Source of the DNA: a virus
Lineage: Duplodnaviria > Heunggongvirae > Uroviricota > Caudoviricetes
IMG/VR virus record: IMGVR_UViG_2606217106_000001
Location: 1-5,982 of that record
Length of the DNA stretch: 5,982 nucleotides
Direction: 5' to 3' (one strand)
The position numbers and the translations under genes are program-made. Positions 1 to 5,881 of this stretch are shown one piece after another. Every line of letters begins with the position of its first letter. The stretch's first letter is position 1. The notes under the pieces were generated by a model that saw only the letters and a list, made by a program, of their open reading frames with translations, was not told the origin of the DNA and searched no databases.

Positions 1-631
1 GAGATTGGGTTGGGAGAGTAGTCATGGTGACAGCCCCTATGTTGAATTCAATGAACTCACCACCAAGGCTTTCCACGACCATATAGGTGGTGAGACGTAC
101 AGGGGTGGAAATACCGGTCAACATAGAACCCGGCCCAACCGAAGTTGGCCCTGCACGCCCCACCATAATTTGGGCATAACGATGCTCATGACACGAAAAA
201 ACCGCATGAGCGCGGTTGTGCTCTATATTGAATTTCGGGTTTCCACGCCCGGCACCCGCTTTATAAGGTGCCTGAGCAGTGTAACGTCCCGGAATTGCAG
301 AATCAATATGCTGGTGGTCCTTCACACTCAACAAAATCACGCCTGAATTTCCACAAAGGACTAAAGCACTCATGCGGGTAGTCTTTGCGAAGATAGATAA
401 CGCGCTGTGTTTCTGGCTCCCAACGAATAACATGAACATAAAGTCCTCTTCCGTCACGAAACCAGCGGTTAAGTTCCTGCACAACTCGCCCCCCACAGTC
501 AGGTAAAGTTCTCTGTGGTTACTTACAGCCAGGTGATTTGGTAATCTGCATTCATGCCGTAACAACAGGTGTTCAGCGACGCTGACCACCAGCTGTTGCG
601 ACAAACGGTTATTTGCCGTTAAACTATTCAT
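1..631 (-). CDS. Hypothetical protein, N-terminal ~210 codons; gene continues beyond the window start. Position (after cro and the 183-aa gene) suggests a replication/early-right module, but function is unassigned
   Basis: Hand translation of the minus strand (plus-strand triplets 629-631, 626-628 ... 2-4) is stop-free to position 1. ATG at 631-629 overlaps the TGA of the upstream gene (ATGA at 628-631), with an in-frame stop just upstream at 635-637 and a GGAG about 10 nt upstream. It is missing from the ORF track because no stop lies in the window; the listed + ORF 5..346 is its same-register antisense shadow. No family recognised. Confidence 0.7.
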   Translation of the reverse strand, partial: MNSLTANNRLSQQLVVSVAEHLLLRHECRLPNHLAVSNHRELYLTVGGELCRNLTAGFVTEEDFMFMLFVGSQKHSALSIFAKTTRMSALVLCGNSGVILLSVKDHQHIDSAIPGRYTAQAPYKAGAGRGNPKFNIEHNRAHAVFSCHEHRYAQIMVGRAGPTSVGPGSMLTGISTPVRLTTYMVVESLGGEFIEFNIGAVTMTTLPTQS

Positions 632-1179
632 GCGTTAGTTTCTCCACAGACACAAAACGCCACGACGCCCGGAGCTGCACACTCGCGGGCGTCACTCTTT
701 TCTGGAGCGCAAAAGATTTTGTAGACCAGTGCTGCATGCTCCTGGAGCTTCGAAATTGACAGATACAACTCATCATTAATTGCTGTCTGCTCGTGTGGCT
801 CCACTACCCCATCTTCGATTGCCGAACGAATCTGCTTTGAGTAACTCCCGATCTGTTCGATGACTTCCAGCAGACGCTGGTTAATATCGGCGTTGTCCAC
901 ATCCTCGACGTCAGGAAGAGACACAAAGACGCCATTTGCAGACTGCGCCACAGCGTCAGCAATGAAGTGAGTTCCACCAGCACGTTGTAAAATCATTGCC
1001 CATCCCAGCGGGAAAATCTGATCGCCATCTGCACGAAGGCGGTTGAATAATGCGTTCTCTGTTACATCCAGCCACTCAGCAGCTTCAGCGTAACCCCCCG
1101 GCAACGCCGCGATAGTTTTTCTGACAGCTTTCACGTACCACTCAGGCTGTTTTTCCACTTTCCAGTGATGATTACCCAC
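628..1179 (-). CDS. 183-aa early protein in the cII position, immediately downstream of cro; possibly a CII-like/YdaT-like regulator, function not established
   Basis: GTG start at 1179-1177 preceded by AGGAGG with a 6-nt spacer (reverse complement of 1180-1195). The start overlaps the end of the cro-like gene by 8 nt and the stop overlaps the next start, so the three minus-strand genes are translationally coupled. The functional label is from position only. Confidence 0.7.
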   Translation of the reverse strand: MGNHHWKVEKQPEWYVKAVRKTIAALPGGYAEAAEWLDVTENALFNRLRADGDQIFPLGWAMILQRAGGTHFIADAVAQSANGVFVSLPDVEDVDNADINQRLLEVIEQIGSYSKQIRSAIEDGVVEPHEQTAINDELYLSISKLQEHAALVYKIFCAPEKSDARECAAPGVVAFCVCGETNA

Positions 1180-1432
1180 GGCTTACCTCCTGTTCCTGTG
1201 GTTTAAACCCATTCTGGTTTTGGCTAGATTGAAAACGTGCCGGATAAAGAATCTGCATTTCGCTGATTTCACCCTTAAAAAAATTGGCCAGACGTTCTGC
1301 AAGATCGATAGATGGAATTTGTTCCAGTCTTTCAATACGACTCAGCGTCGCTGGATTGACCTGAACGCCCGCAGCAACATGCTGCAAAGTAAATCCGTGC
1401 GCCTTACGCACATTCCGTAATGGTGATTGCAT
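1172..1432 (-). CDS. Cro-like HTH (XRE-family) transcriptional regulator, 86 aa
   Basis: ATG at 1432-1430 with GGAGG 4 nt upstream (reverse complement of 1433-1441). Protein has a classic XRE helix-turn-helix (FTLQHVAAGVQVNPATLSRIERLEQ). It is divergent from the cI-like gene across a 97-bp operator region. Confidence 0.85.
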   Translation of the reverse strand: MQSPLRNVRKAHGFTLQHVAAGVQVNPATLSRIERLEQIPSIDLAERLANFFKGEISEMQILYPARFQSSQNQNGFKPQEQEVSRG

Positions 1433-1529
1433 ATAACCTCCACATATTGCGTGATGAGCATATTATTTCACGCAAATATTTTGCGCAAGTTGATTTGCTT
1501 AACGCGCAATAAAGAAATGTAATAAACGC
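1433..1529. promoter_or_regulatory. OR-like immunity intergenic region with three dyad-symmetric operator candidates spaced 24 bp centre to centre, plus candidate divergent promoters pR (towards cro) and pRM (towards cI)
   Basis: Dyads at 1447-1461 (TTGC-N7-GCAT), 1471-1485 (CGCAA-N5-TTGCG) and 1495-1509 (TTGC-N7-GCAA). Candidate pR on the minus strand: -35 TTGCGC (reverse complement of 1483-1488), 17-nt spacer, -10 TAATAT (reverse complement of 1460-1465). Candidate pRM on the plus strand: -10 TAATAA at 1520-1525, which puts the transcript start at or near the cI ATG, and there is no SD before 1530. Confidence 0.6.
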
Positions 1530-2222
1530 ATGAACATAGGAAACCGAGTCAGACAACTTCGCCAGGCGAAGAACATGAAAATCGCCGATCTCGCTGAAGC
1601 AATAGGAGTGGATGCGGCGAATATCTCACGCCTGGAAACAGGTAAGCAGAAACAATTCACTGAACAAGCCCTGAGTAATATTGCCAGGAGCTTAGGTGTT
1701 GATATTGCTGATCTCTTTACCTCAGACGTCAAAAGTAATACTGTATGTAAAAACAGTATTAGTGAGGATGTTGCGCAGGTGAAGGATGTATTCCGTATTG
1801 AAATGCTGGATGTCAGTGCCAGTGCGGGAAATGGCCTTATCCAGGGCGGTGATGTCATTGATGTGATTCATGCCATTGAATACAGAACTGATAATGCTGT
1901 ATCGATGTTTGGCGGACGGCCAGCCAATCACATTAAAGTTATCAACGTTCGTGGGGACAGTATGTGTCCAACCATTGAGCCAGGAGATCTCATCTTCGTT
2001 GATATCAGTATCAATCAGTTTGATGGGGATGGTATATATGTATTTGGTTTTGATGATAAAATTTACGTCAAACGACTGCAAATGATACCTGATAAACTGC
2101 TGGTAATTTCTGATAATCAGATTTACCGCGAATGGGGAATTACCAGCGAAAACGAACATCGGTTTATGGTCTTTGGAAAGGTCTTAATCAGTCAGTCACA
2201 AACCCTTAAGCGACACAATTAA
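1530..2222 (+). CDS. cI-like prophage repressor, 230 aa: N-terminal XRE HTH plus C-terminal S24 (LexA-like) autopeptidase domain
   Basis: HTH at roughly residues 17-40 (KIADLAEAIGVDAANISRLETGKQ). Candidate Ala99-Gly100 cleavage site in the linker (SASAG-NG). GDSM with Ser144 and a KRL lysine (Lys181); the Ser-to-Lys spacing of 37 residues equals that of LexA. ATG at 1530 has no SD. Confidence 0.93.
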   Translation: MNIGNRVRQLRQAKNMKIADLAEAIGVDAANISRLETGKQKQFTEQALSNIARSLGVDIADLFTSDVKSNTVCKNSISEDVAQVKDVFRIEMLDVSASAGNGLIQGGDVIDVIHAIEYRTDNAVSMFGGRPANHIKVINVRGDSMCPTIEPGDLIFVDISINQFDGDGIYVFGFDDKIYVKRLQMIPDKLLVISDNQIYREWGITSENEHRFMVFGKVLISQSQTLKRHN

Positions 2223-2242
2223 CCCCTACCTCAACATCAATT

Positions 2243-2267
2243 AGCCACCAGAAGGTGGCTTTTCATT
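2243..2267 (+). terminator. Rho-independent terminator candidate downstream of the cI-like gene
   Basis: AGCCACC (2243-2249), 4-nt loop AGAA, GGTGGCT (2254-2260), followed by TTTTCATT; 21 bp after the cI stop. Confidence 0.6.
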
Positions 2268-2276
2268 ACCCACCAA

Positions 2277-2330
2277 ATTGCATATCTCGCAATAAAAACA
2301 CTTGCATAATGCGCAACTTCATTTTATCTT
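2277..2330 (+). promoter_or_regulatory. OL/pL-like region: two operator dyads matching the OR consensus, overlapping a candidate rightward promoter
   Basis: TTGC-N7-GCAA dyads at 2278-2292 and 2302-2316, centres 24 bp apart, with the shared core TTGCnTAnnnCGCAA. Candidate promoter: -35 TTGCAT at 2302-2307, 17-nt spacer, weak -10 TATCTT at 2325-2330. The promoter assignment is tentative. Confidence 0.45.
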
Positions 2331-2760
2331 TCTTTCCAGACATACAAACAAGGTACTAACAAAATTTGGTTGTAACACGGCGTATGGCACATGCGTCGTT
2401 AGCGGTCTGGTGACGTTAAAGGGGACAATCCACTCCTTGCTCGGGCAAACAAACCAGGTAGCCGGAATGTGCAAGTCAATGATGATGCTGATAAGACGCC
2501 TAACCAGCGTGGCGATTCGGTTTGACGCCTGGGAAGAGACCAGGGTGCAACGATGAGGGCATTTATGGAACCGCGACAAAGTGTGGTGCCGTAACTGGCT
2601 AAGTGCTCTCAGCGTTGTGGTGAATGCGCAGGCTGATGCGCGAAAGACATTGCAGCTATTGCGGAAAAGAGCTGTTCGGCGGGGCAATTAAACGCCCGTG
2701 AGAGTCTGAAATAACCGCAAGCCGGAGATCAGCACCGGTCACCACAACAGCCACTGCTTT

Positions 2761-2807
2761 AGCGGTACCAGTTTGTACACTTGCTTCCGGCTGGTACCGC
2801 TCTTTTT
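2761..2807 (+). terminator. Strong hairpin followed by a U-tract; candidate intrinsic terminator or attenuator upstream of the accessory operon
   Basis: Perfect 11-bp inverted repeat AGCGGTACCAG (2761-2771) and CTGGTACCGCT (2791-2801) around a 19-nt loop, then CTTTTTA at 2802-2808. The minus strand has no U-tract. Confidence 0.4.
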
Positions 2808-2896
2808 ACAAAACAGAGAAGAGCATCACCGGCCGACGGGCTCATAACCCAATCCATCCTGGCGGCTGCCACCGCAGGTGTTCTTCTCTGTTTTGT
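2808..2896. repeat. Perfect 15-bp inverted repeat enclosing 59 bp of GC-rich sequence, just upstream of the yfdP-like ribosome-binding site
   Basis: ACAAAACAGAGAAGA at 2808-2822 is the exact reverse complement of TCTTCTCTGTTTTGT at 2882-2896. The enclosed segment has further local dyads (for example CCTGGCGG...CCGCAGG). Confidence 0.6.
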
Positions 2897-2944
2897 GGAG
2901 AAACCAACCGACCTTGCAGGGTCGATATGATGAGGAGCAGCAAA

Positions 2945-3307
2945 ATGGCTAGCGAACGCAGTACTGATGTGCAGGCATTTATCGGGGAGCTGGACGGCGG
3001 CGTATTTGAAACCAAAATCGGCGCTGTTCTCAGTGAAGTCGCTTCCGGTGTGATGAATACGAAAACCAAAGGTAAGGTCTCGCTCAACCTGGAAATCGAA
3101 CCATTTGATGAGAACCGTGTGAAAATCAAACACAAACTCTCATATGTTCGCCCGACTAACCGCGGGAAAATTTCCGAAGAAGACACCACCGAAACGCCGA
3201 TGTATGTCAATCGCGGTGGTCGCCTGACTATTCTGCAGGAAGACCAGGGACAATTACTGACTCTTGCCGGTGAACCTGACGGAAAACTCCGCGCAGCAGG
3301 TCGTTAA
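2945..3307 (+). CDS. yfdP: YfdP-like prophage protein of unknown function, 120 aa from this start
   Basis: ATG at 2945 preceded by GAGGAG (2932-2937) with a 7-nt spacer. The ORF track begins at ATG 2927 (126 aa), which remains an alternative. Symbol assigned by synteny with yfdQ/yfdR and recalled length; not verified. Confidence 0.7.
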   Translation: MASERSTDVQAFIGELDGGVFETKIGAVLSEVASGVMNTKTKGKVSLNLEIEPFDENRVKIKHKLSYVRPTNRGKISEEDTTETPMYVNRGGRLTILQEDQGQLLTLAGEPDGKLRAAGR

Positions 3308-3372
3308 TATCGTTTTTAATTAACTGATTATTTATCTCATCACTGAATATCTTTATATAGTGAGGACTTATT

Positions 3373-4197
3373 ATGTCTCAGAACTTAGACGCAACCGCAA
3401 TTAATCAAATCCATGCCCTTATTTCTGCTCAGGGTGTTAATGAAATTATCAGTAAGATTGGTGCCGATGCTGTGGCATTGCCTGAGAATTTCCGCATTCA
3501 TGATCTGGAAAAATTTAATTTAAATCGCTTCCGTTTCCGTGGTGCGCTTTCCACTGCCAGCATCGATGACTTTACCCGTTATTCTAAAGATCTTGCAGAT
3601 GAAGGCACCCGCTGCTTTATCGATGCTGATAATATGCGTGCCGTCAGTGTGCTTAACCTGGGTACTATTGATGAACCAGGTCACGCAGATAACACCGCCA
3701 CACTCAAACTGAAAAAGACAGCACCGTTCTCTGCTCTGTTGTCTGTTAACGGCGAGCGTAACTCCCAGAAGTCACTGGCAGAATGGATTGAAGACTGGGC
3801 CGACTACCTTGTGGGCTTTGATGCTAATGGTGACGCTATTCAGGCAACAAAAGCGGCTGCGGCAGTCCGTAAAATCACGATTGAAGCAAACCAGACCGCT
3901 GATTTTGAAGATAATGACTTCAGCGGCAAACGCTCCCTGATGGAATCTGTCGAAGCGAAGACCAAAGACATTATGCCAGTGACATTTGAATTTAAATGCG
4001 TTCCGTTTGAAGGCCTGAAAGAACGTCCGTTTAAATTACGCCTCAGCATTATCACTGGCGATCGTCCTGTACTGGTTCTGCGCATTATTCAGCTGGAGGC
4101 GGTGCAGGAAGAAATGGCTAACGAATTTCGTGATCTGCTTGTTGAGAAATTTAAGGACAGCAAAGTAGAAACCTTTATTGGTACTTTCACCGCCTGA
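3373..4197 (+). CDS. yfdQ: YfdQ-like prophage protein (DUF2303 family as I recall it), 274 aa, function unknown
   Basis: ATG at 3373 with GTGAGGA (3360-3366) at good spacing; a long uninterrupted ORF of protein-like composition. Length and position match CPS-53 YfdQ from memory. Confidence 0.88.
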   Translation: MSQNLDATAINQIHALISAQGVNEIISKIGADAVALPENFRIHDLEKFNLNRFRFRGALSTASIDDFTRYSKDLADEGTRCFIDADNMRAVSVLNLGTIDEPGHADNTATLKLKKTAPFSALLSVNGERNSQKSLAEWIEDWADYLVGFDANGDAIQATKAAAAVRKITIEANQTADFEDNDFSGKRSLMESVEAKTKDIMPVTFEFKCVPFEGLKERPFKLRLSIITGDRPVLVLRIIQLEAVQEEMANEFRDLLVEKFKDSKVETFIGTFTA

Positions 4198-4209
4198 TTT
4201 CATTACTGC

Positions 4210-4231
4210 AAATGCCCCTGCGGGGGCATTT
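4210..4231 (+). other. GC-rich hairpin in the yfdQ-yfdR spacer; weak terminator, attenuator or RNA-stability element
   Basis: AAATGCCCC (4210-4218), loop TGCG, GGGGCATTT (4223-4231): a 9-bp stem starting 13 nt after the yfdQ stop. The 3' T-run is short and mostly inside the stem. Confidence 0.35.
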
Positions 4232-4324
4232 ATGGAAACATAATTTACTCAATAATCGCCGGATGGTGATGGCTTCCTTTTACCAGAATTCAGCGCGGTG
4301 CAGCGCATATACGTGGAGAACAAA

Positions 4325-4861
4325 ATGTCATTTATTAAAACTTTTTCCGGGAAGCATTTTTATTATGACAGGATAAATAAAGACGACATCGTGATTAACG
4401 ATATCGCGGTTTCCCTTTCAAATATCTGTCGCTTTGCAGGACATCTTTCACACTTCTACAGCGTCGCCCAACATGCGGTGCTTTGCAGCCAGCTGGTACC
4501 GCAGGAATTTGCTTTTGAAGCGTTAATGCATGATGCAACAGAAGCGTATTGCCAGGATATTCCCGCTCCACTGAAACGCCTTCTTCCTGACTATAAACGG
4601 ATGGAAGAAAAAATAGACGCCGTAATCCGTGAGAAATACGGGTTACCCCCGGTTATGAGCACGCCCGTGAAATATGCCGATCTCATCATGCTGGCAACCG
4701 AACGCCGCGATCTCGGGCTTGATGATAGCTCTTTCTGGCCTGTACTGGAAGGTATCCCGGCAACAGAGATGTTCAAAGTGATTCCACTGTCGCCAGGCCA
4801 TGCCTACGGGATGTTTATGGAACGTTTTAACGAGTTATCGGAGTTACGCAAATGCGCATGA
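4325..4861 (+). CDS. yfdR: YfdR-like HD-domain phosphohydrolase (YfbR-type 5'-deoxynucleotidase family), 178 aa
   Basis: ATG at 4325 with GGAGAA (4314-4319) upstream; the ORF-track start at 4298 is a GTG 9 codons further up with no SD. HD-domain residues are visible: H40, H43, H50 and the H69-D70 pair (FAGHLSH ... LMHDATEAY). Confidence 0.88.
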   Translation: MSFIKTFSGKHFYYDRINKDDIVINDIAVSLSNICRFAGHLSHFYSVAQHAVLCSQLVPQEFAFEALMHDATEAYCQDIPAPLKRLLPDYKRMEEKIDAVIREKYGLPPVMSTPVKYADLIMLATERRDLGLDDSSFWPVLEGIPATEMFKVIPLSPGHAYGMFMERFNELSELRKCA

Positions 4862-5202
4862 ATGTTTTCGAAATGGAAGGGTTTCTTCGCGGGAAATGTG
4901 TACCACGAGATCTGAAAGTGAATGAAACAAATGCTGAGTATCTGGTGCGTAAATTCGATGAAGTACGTGCTGAGGCTCGCAACGAGGGTATTAACTATAC
5001 CGCAAGCCGTCTTGCTGCGGCTTTCAATCACGGATTTATCAATAAGTCTTTACGTGAAGTTTTCGACGTTACACGCATGATTCTGTCAGCGAAAGAAGAG
5101 TTGGCTAATGAACCACACCCGATTGATGGCCTGTCCGGTGAATATGCGGAGAAATCCCTAGAAGAATGGGCGGAACAGATTCGCAAAGGAGGCAACCAGT
5201 GA
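4852..5202 (+). CDS. YfdS-like small prophage protein, 116 aa; C-terminus ends in the RKGGNQ junction motif
   Basis: ATG at 4852 with GGAG (4840-4843) 8 nt upstream; it overlaps the yfdR stop (4859-4861) by 10 nt. An in-frame ATG at 4858 gives an ATGA overlap instead. The stop overlaps the next gene's GTG start. Confidence 0.75.
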   Translation: MRMNVFEMEGFLRGKCVPRDLKVNETNAEYLVRKFDEVRAEARNEGINYTASRLAAAFNHGFINKSLREVFDVTRMILSAKEELANEPHPIDGLSGEYAEKSLEEWAEQIRKGGNQ

Positions 5203-5204
5203 GC
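5180..5204 (+). repeat. Copy 1 of a 25-bp perfect direct repeat spanning a gene junction (codons for RKGGNQ, SD, stop and GTG start)
   Basis: TTCGCAAAGGAGGCAACCAGTGAGC is identical at 5180-5204 and 5857-5881. About 40 bp of downstream flank is similar but not identical (roughly 70% by eye). Confidence 0.9.
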
Positions 5205-5879
5205 AAGATTGACTATCAAGAACTGCGCGAGGCGGCGGAACAGGCAACGCAAGATGAATGGGTAGCATATATTTTGCCGGGTCATAACGGCATTTATCCT
5301 GCGCGCACGTCTGAGGGTAGGCATTGCGGATACTTTATTGACTGGCCTGGCGTCTGTCAGGGGCGGGAGAGCATCAGCATCAGAACCTACGCAGTGAATT
5401 GCAATGACGCATGGCTAAACACCGAAGGTGATGACATCTCCGGCTCATACGTTAAGTACAAAGACCATCAGGAAGTGGTTGCCGCTCTTGAGGCCAAGTG
5501 CGCGGCGCTGGCTGCTGAGAATGCGGGAATAAAGTCTGCAATTCCAAAATCACGGGATATTGAGGATGACAATGACAATATGGATGACGTATCTCTCGCG
5601 GAAGACTTCGGGTTCAATCATGCAATAGAACGGATGAGGAGACAGATACCTGAAACGCCAACCACTGATGCTTTCCTGGCTGAAGTCCGGGCGCAGGGGG
5701 TGGATGCTGCTATAGAAGCTGCAAAAAATCTGGTGGCCCAAGAATATGAGTGTAAGGATTTCAAAGCGGCGCAGAGTGATTGCTGTATGTACCCTGGTTC
5801 AGACCTGGTAGGGAAGGTTGAAATGACTGAGTGGTTAGTTGACTTTGCTGCCCAGCTTCGCAAAGGAGGCAACCAGTGA
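5199..5879 (+). CDS. Acidic hypothetical protein, 226 aa, tentatively Ead/Ea22-like (typical lambdoid early-left accessory gene)
   Basis: GTG at 5199 preceded by AAGGAGG (5186-5192) with a 6-nt spacer, overlapping the upstream stop (GTGA). The ORF-track start at ATG 5166 has no SD and would overlap the upstream gene by 37 nt. N-terminus SKIDYQELREAAEQ; C-terminus LRKGGNQ. Confidence 0.75.
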   Translation: MSKIDYQELREAAEQATQDEWVAYILPGHNGIYPARTSEGRHCGYFIDWPGVCQGRESISIRTYAVNCNDAWLNTEGDDISGSYVKYKDHQEVVAALEAKCAALAAENAGIKSAIPKSRDIEDDNDNMDDVSLAEDFGFNHAIERMRRQIPETPTTDAFLAEVRAQGVDAAIEAAKNLVAQEYECKDFKAAQSDCCMYPGSDLVGKVEMTEWLVDFAAQLRKGGNQ

Positions 5880-5881
5880 GC
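5857..5881 (+). repeat. Copy 2 of the 25-bp perfect direct repeat at the next gene junction
   Basis: Identical to 5180-5204, 677 bp downstream, in the same relation to stop and start codons. Confidence 0.9.

Noticed and set aside
5-346. Plus-strand ORF of 113 aa at the window start
   Set aside because: TTG-initiated, no SD, and in exact antisense register with the stop-free minus-strand gene 1..631, which has a coupled ATG start; a typical shadow ORF.
1220-2159. ORFs 1220..1420 (+), 1499..1858 (-), 1722..2159 (-) and 1870..2085 (+)
   Set aside because: All lie inside or antisense to the well-supported cro-like and cI-like genes, lack ribosome-binding sites, and have low-complexity or hydrophobic composition typical of frame artefacts.
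2302-2687. ORFs 2302..2556 (+, 84 aa) and 2319..2687 (-, 122 aa) as a possible N-like antiterminator or other gene
   Set aside because: Both start at TTG with no SD; the minus-strand one has no internal Met, and its Arg/Ser/Cys-rich composition looks like antisense or non-coding translation. The plus-strand start coincides with the operator dyad at 2302-2316. Neither has an N-like arginine-rich N-terminus in a sensible orientation.
2624-2701. 25-codon ATG ORF encoding MRRLMRERHCSYCGKELFGGAIKRP, with a CxxC motif
   Set aside because: No convincing SD and too short to separate from chance; left as a possibility under the non-coding-region finding rather than called a gene.
2761-2801. Retron-like msr/msd non-coding RNA suggested by the flanking inverted repeats
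   Set aside because: No reverse transcriptase gene follows; the downstream ORF is a 120-aa YfdP-like protein, and the repeat geometry fits a terminator or leader structure better.
2759-3210. Minus-strand ORFs 2759..3133 and 2842..3210
   Set aside because: Antisense to the yfdP-like gene and spanning the inverted-repeat region; no RBS and non-protein-like composition.
3840-5872. Minus-strand ORFs 3840..4085, 4591..4776, 4804..5031, 5028..5324, 5550..5741 and 5618..5872
   Set aside because: Each is embedded antisense within a plus-strand gene that has a strong RBS and recognisable features; none has its own RBS.
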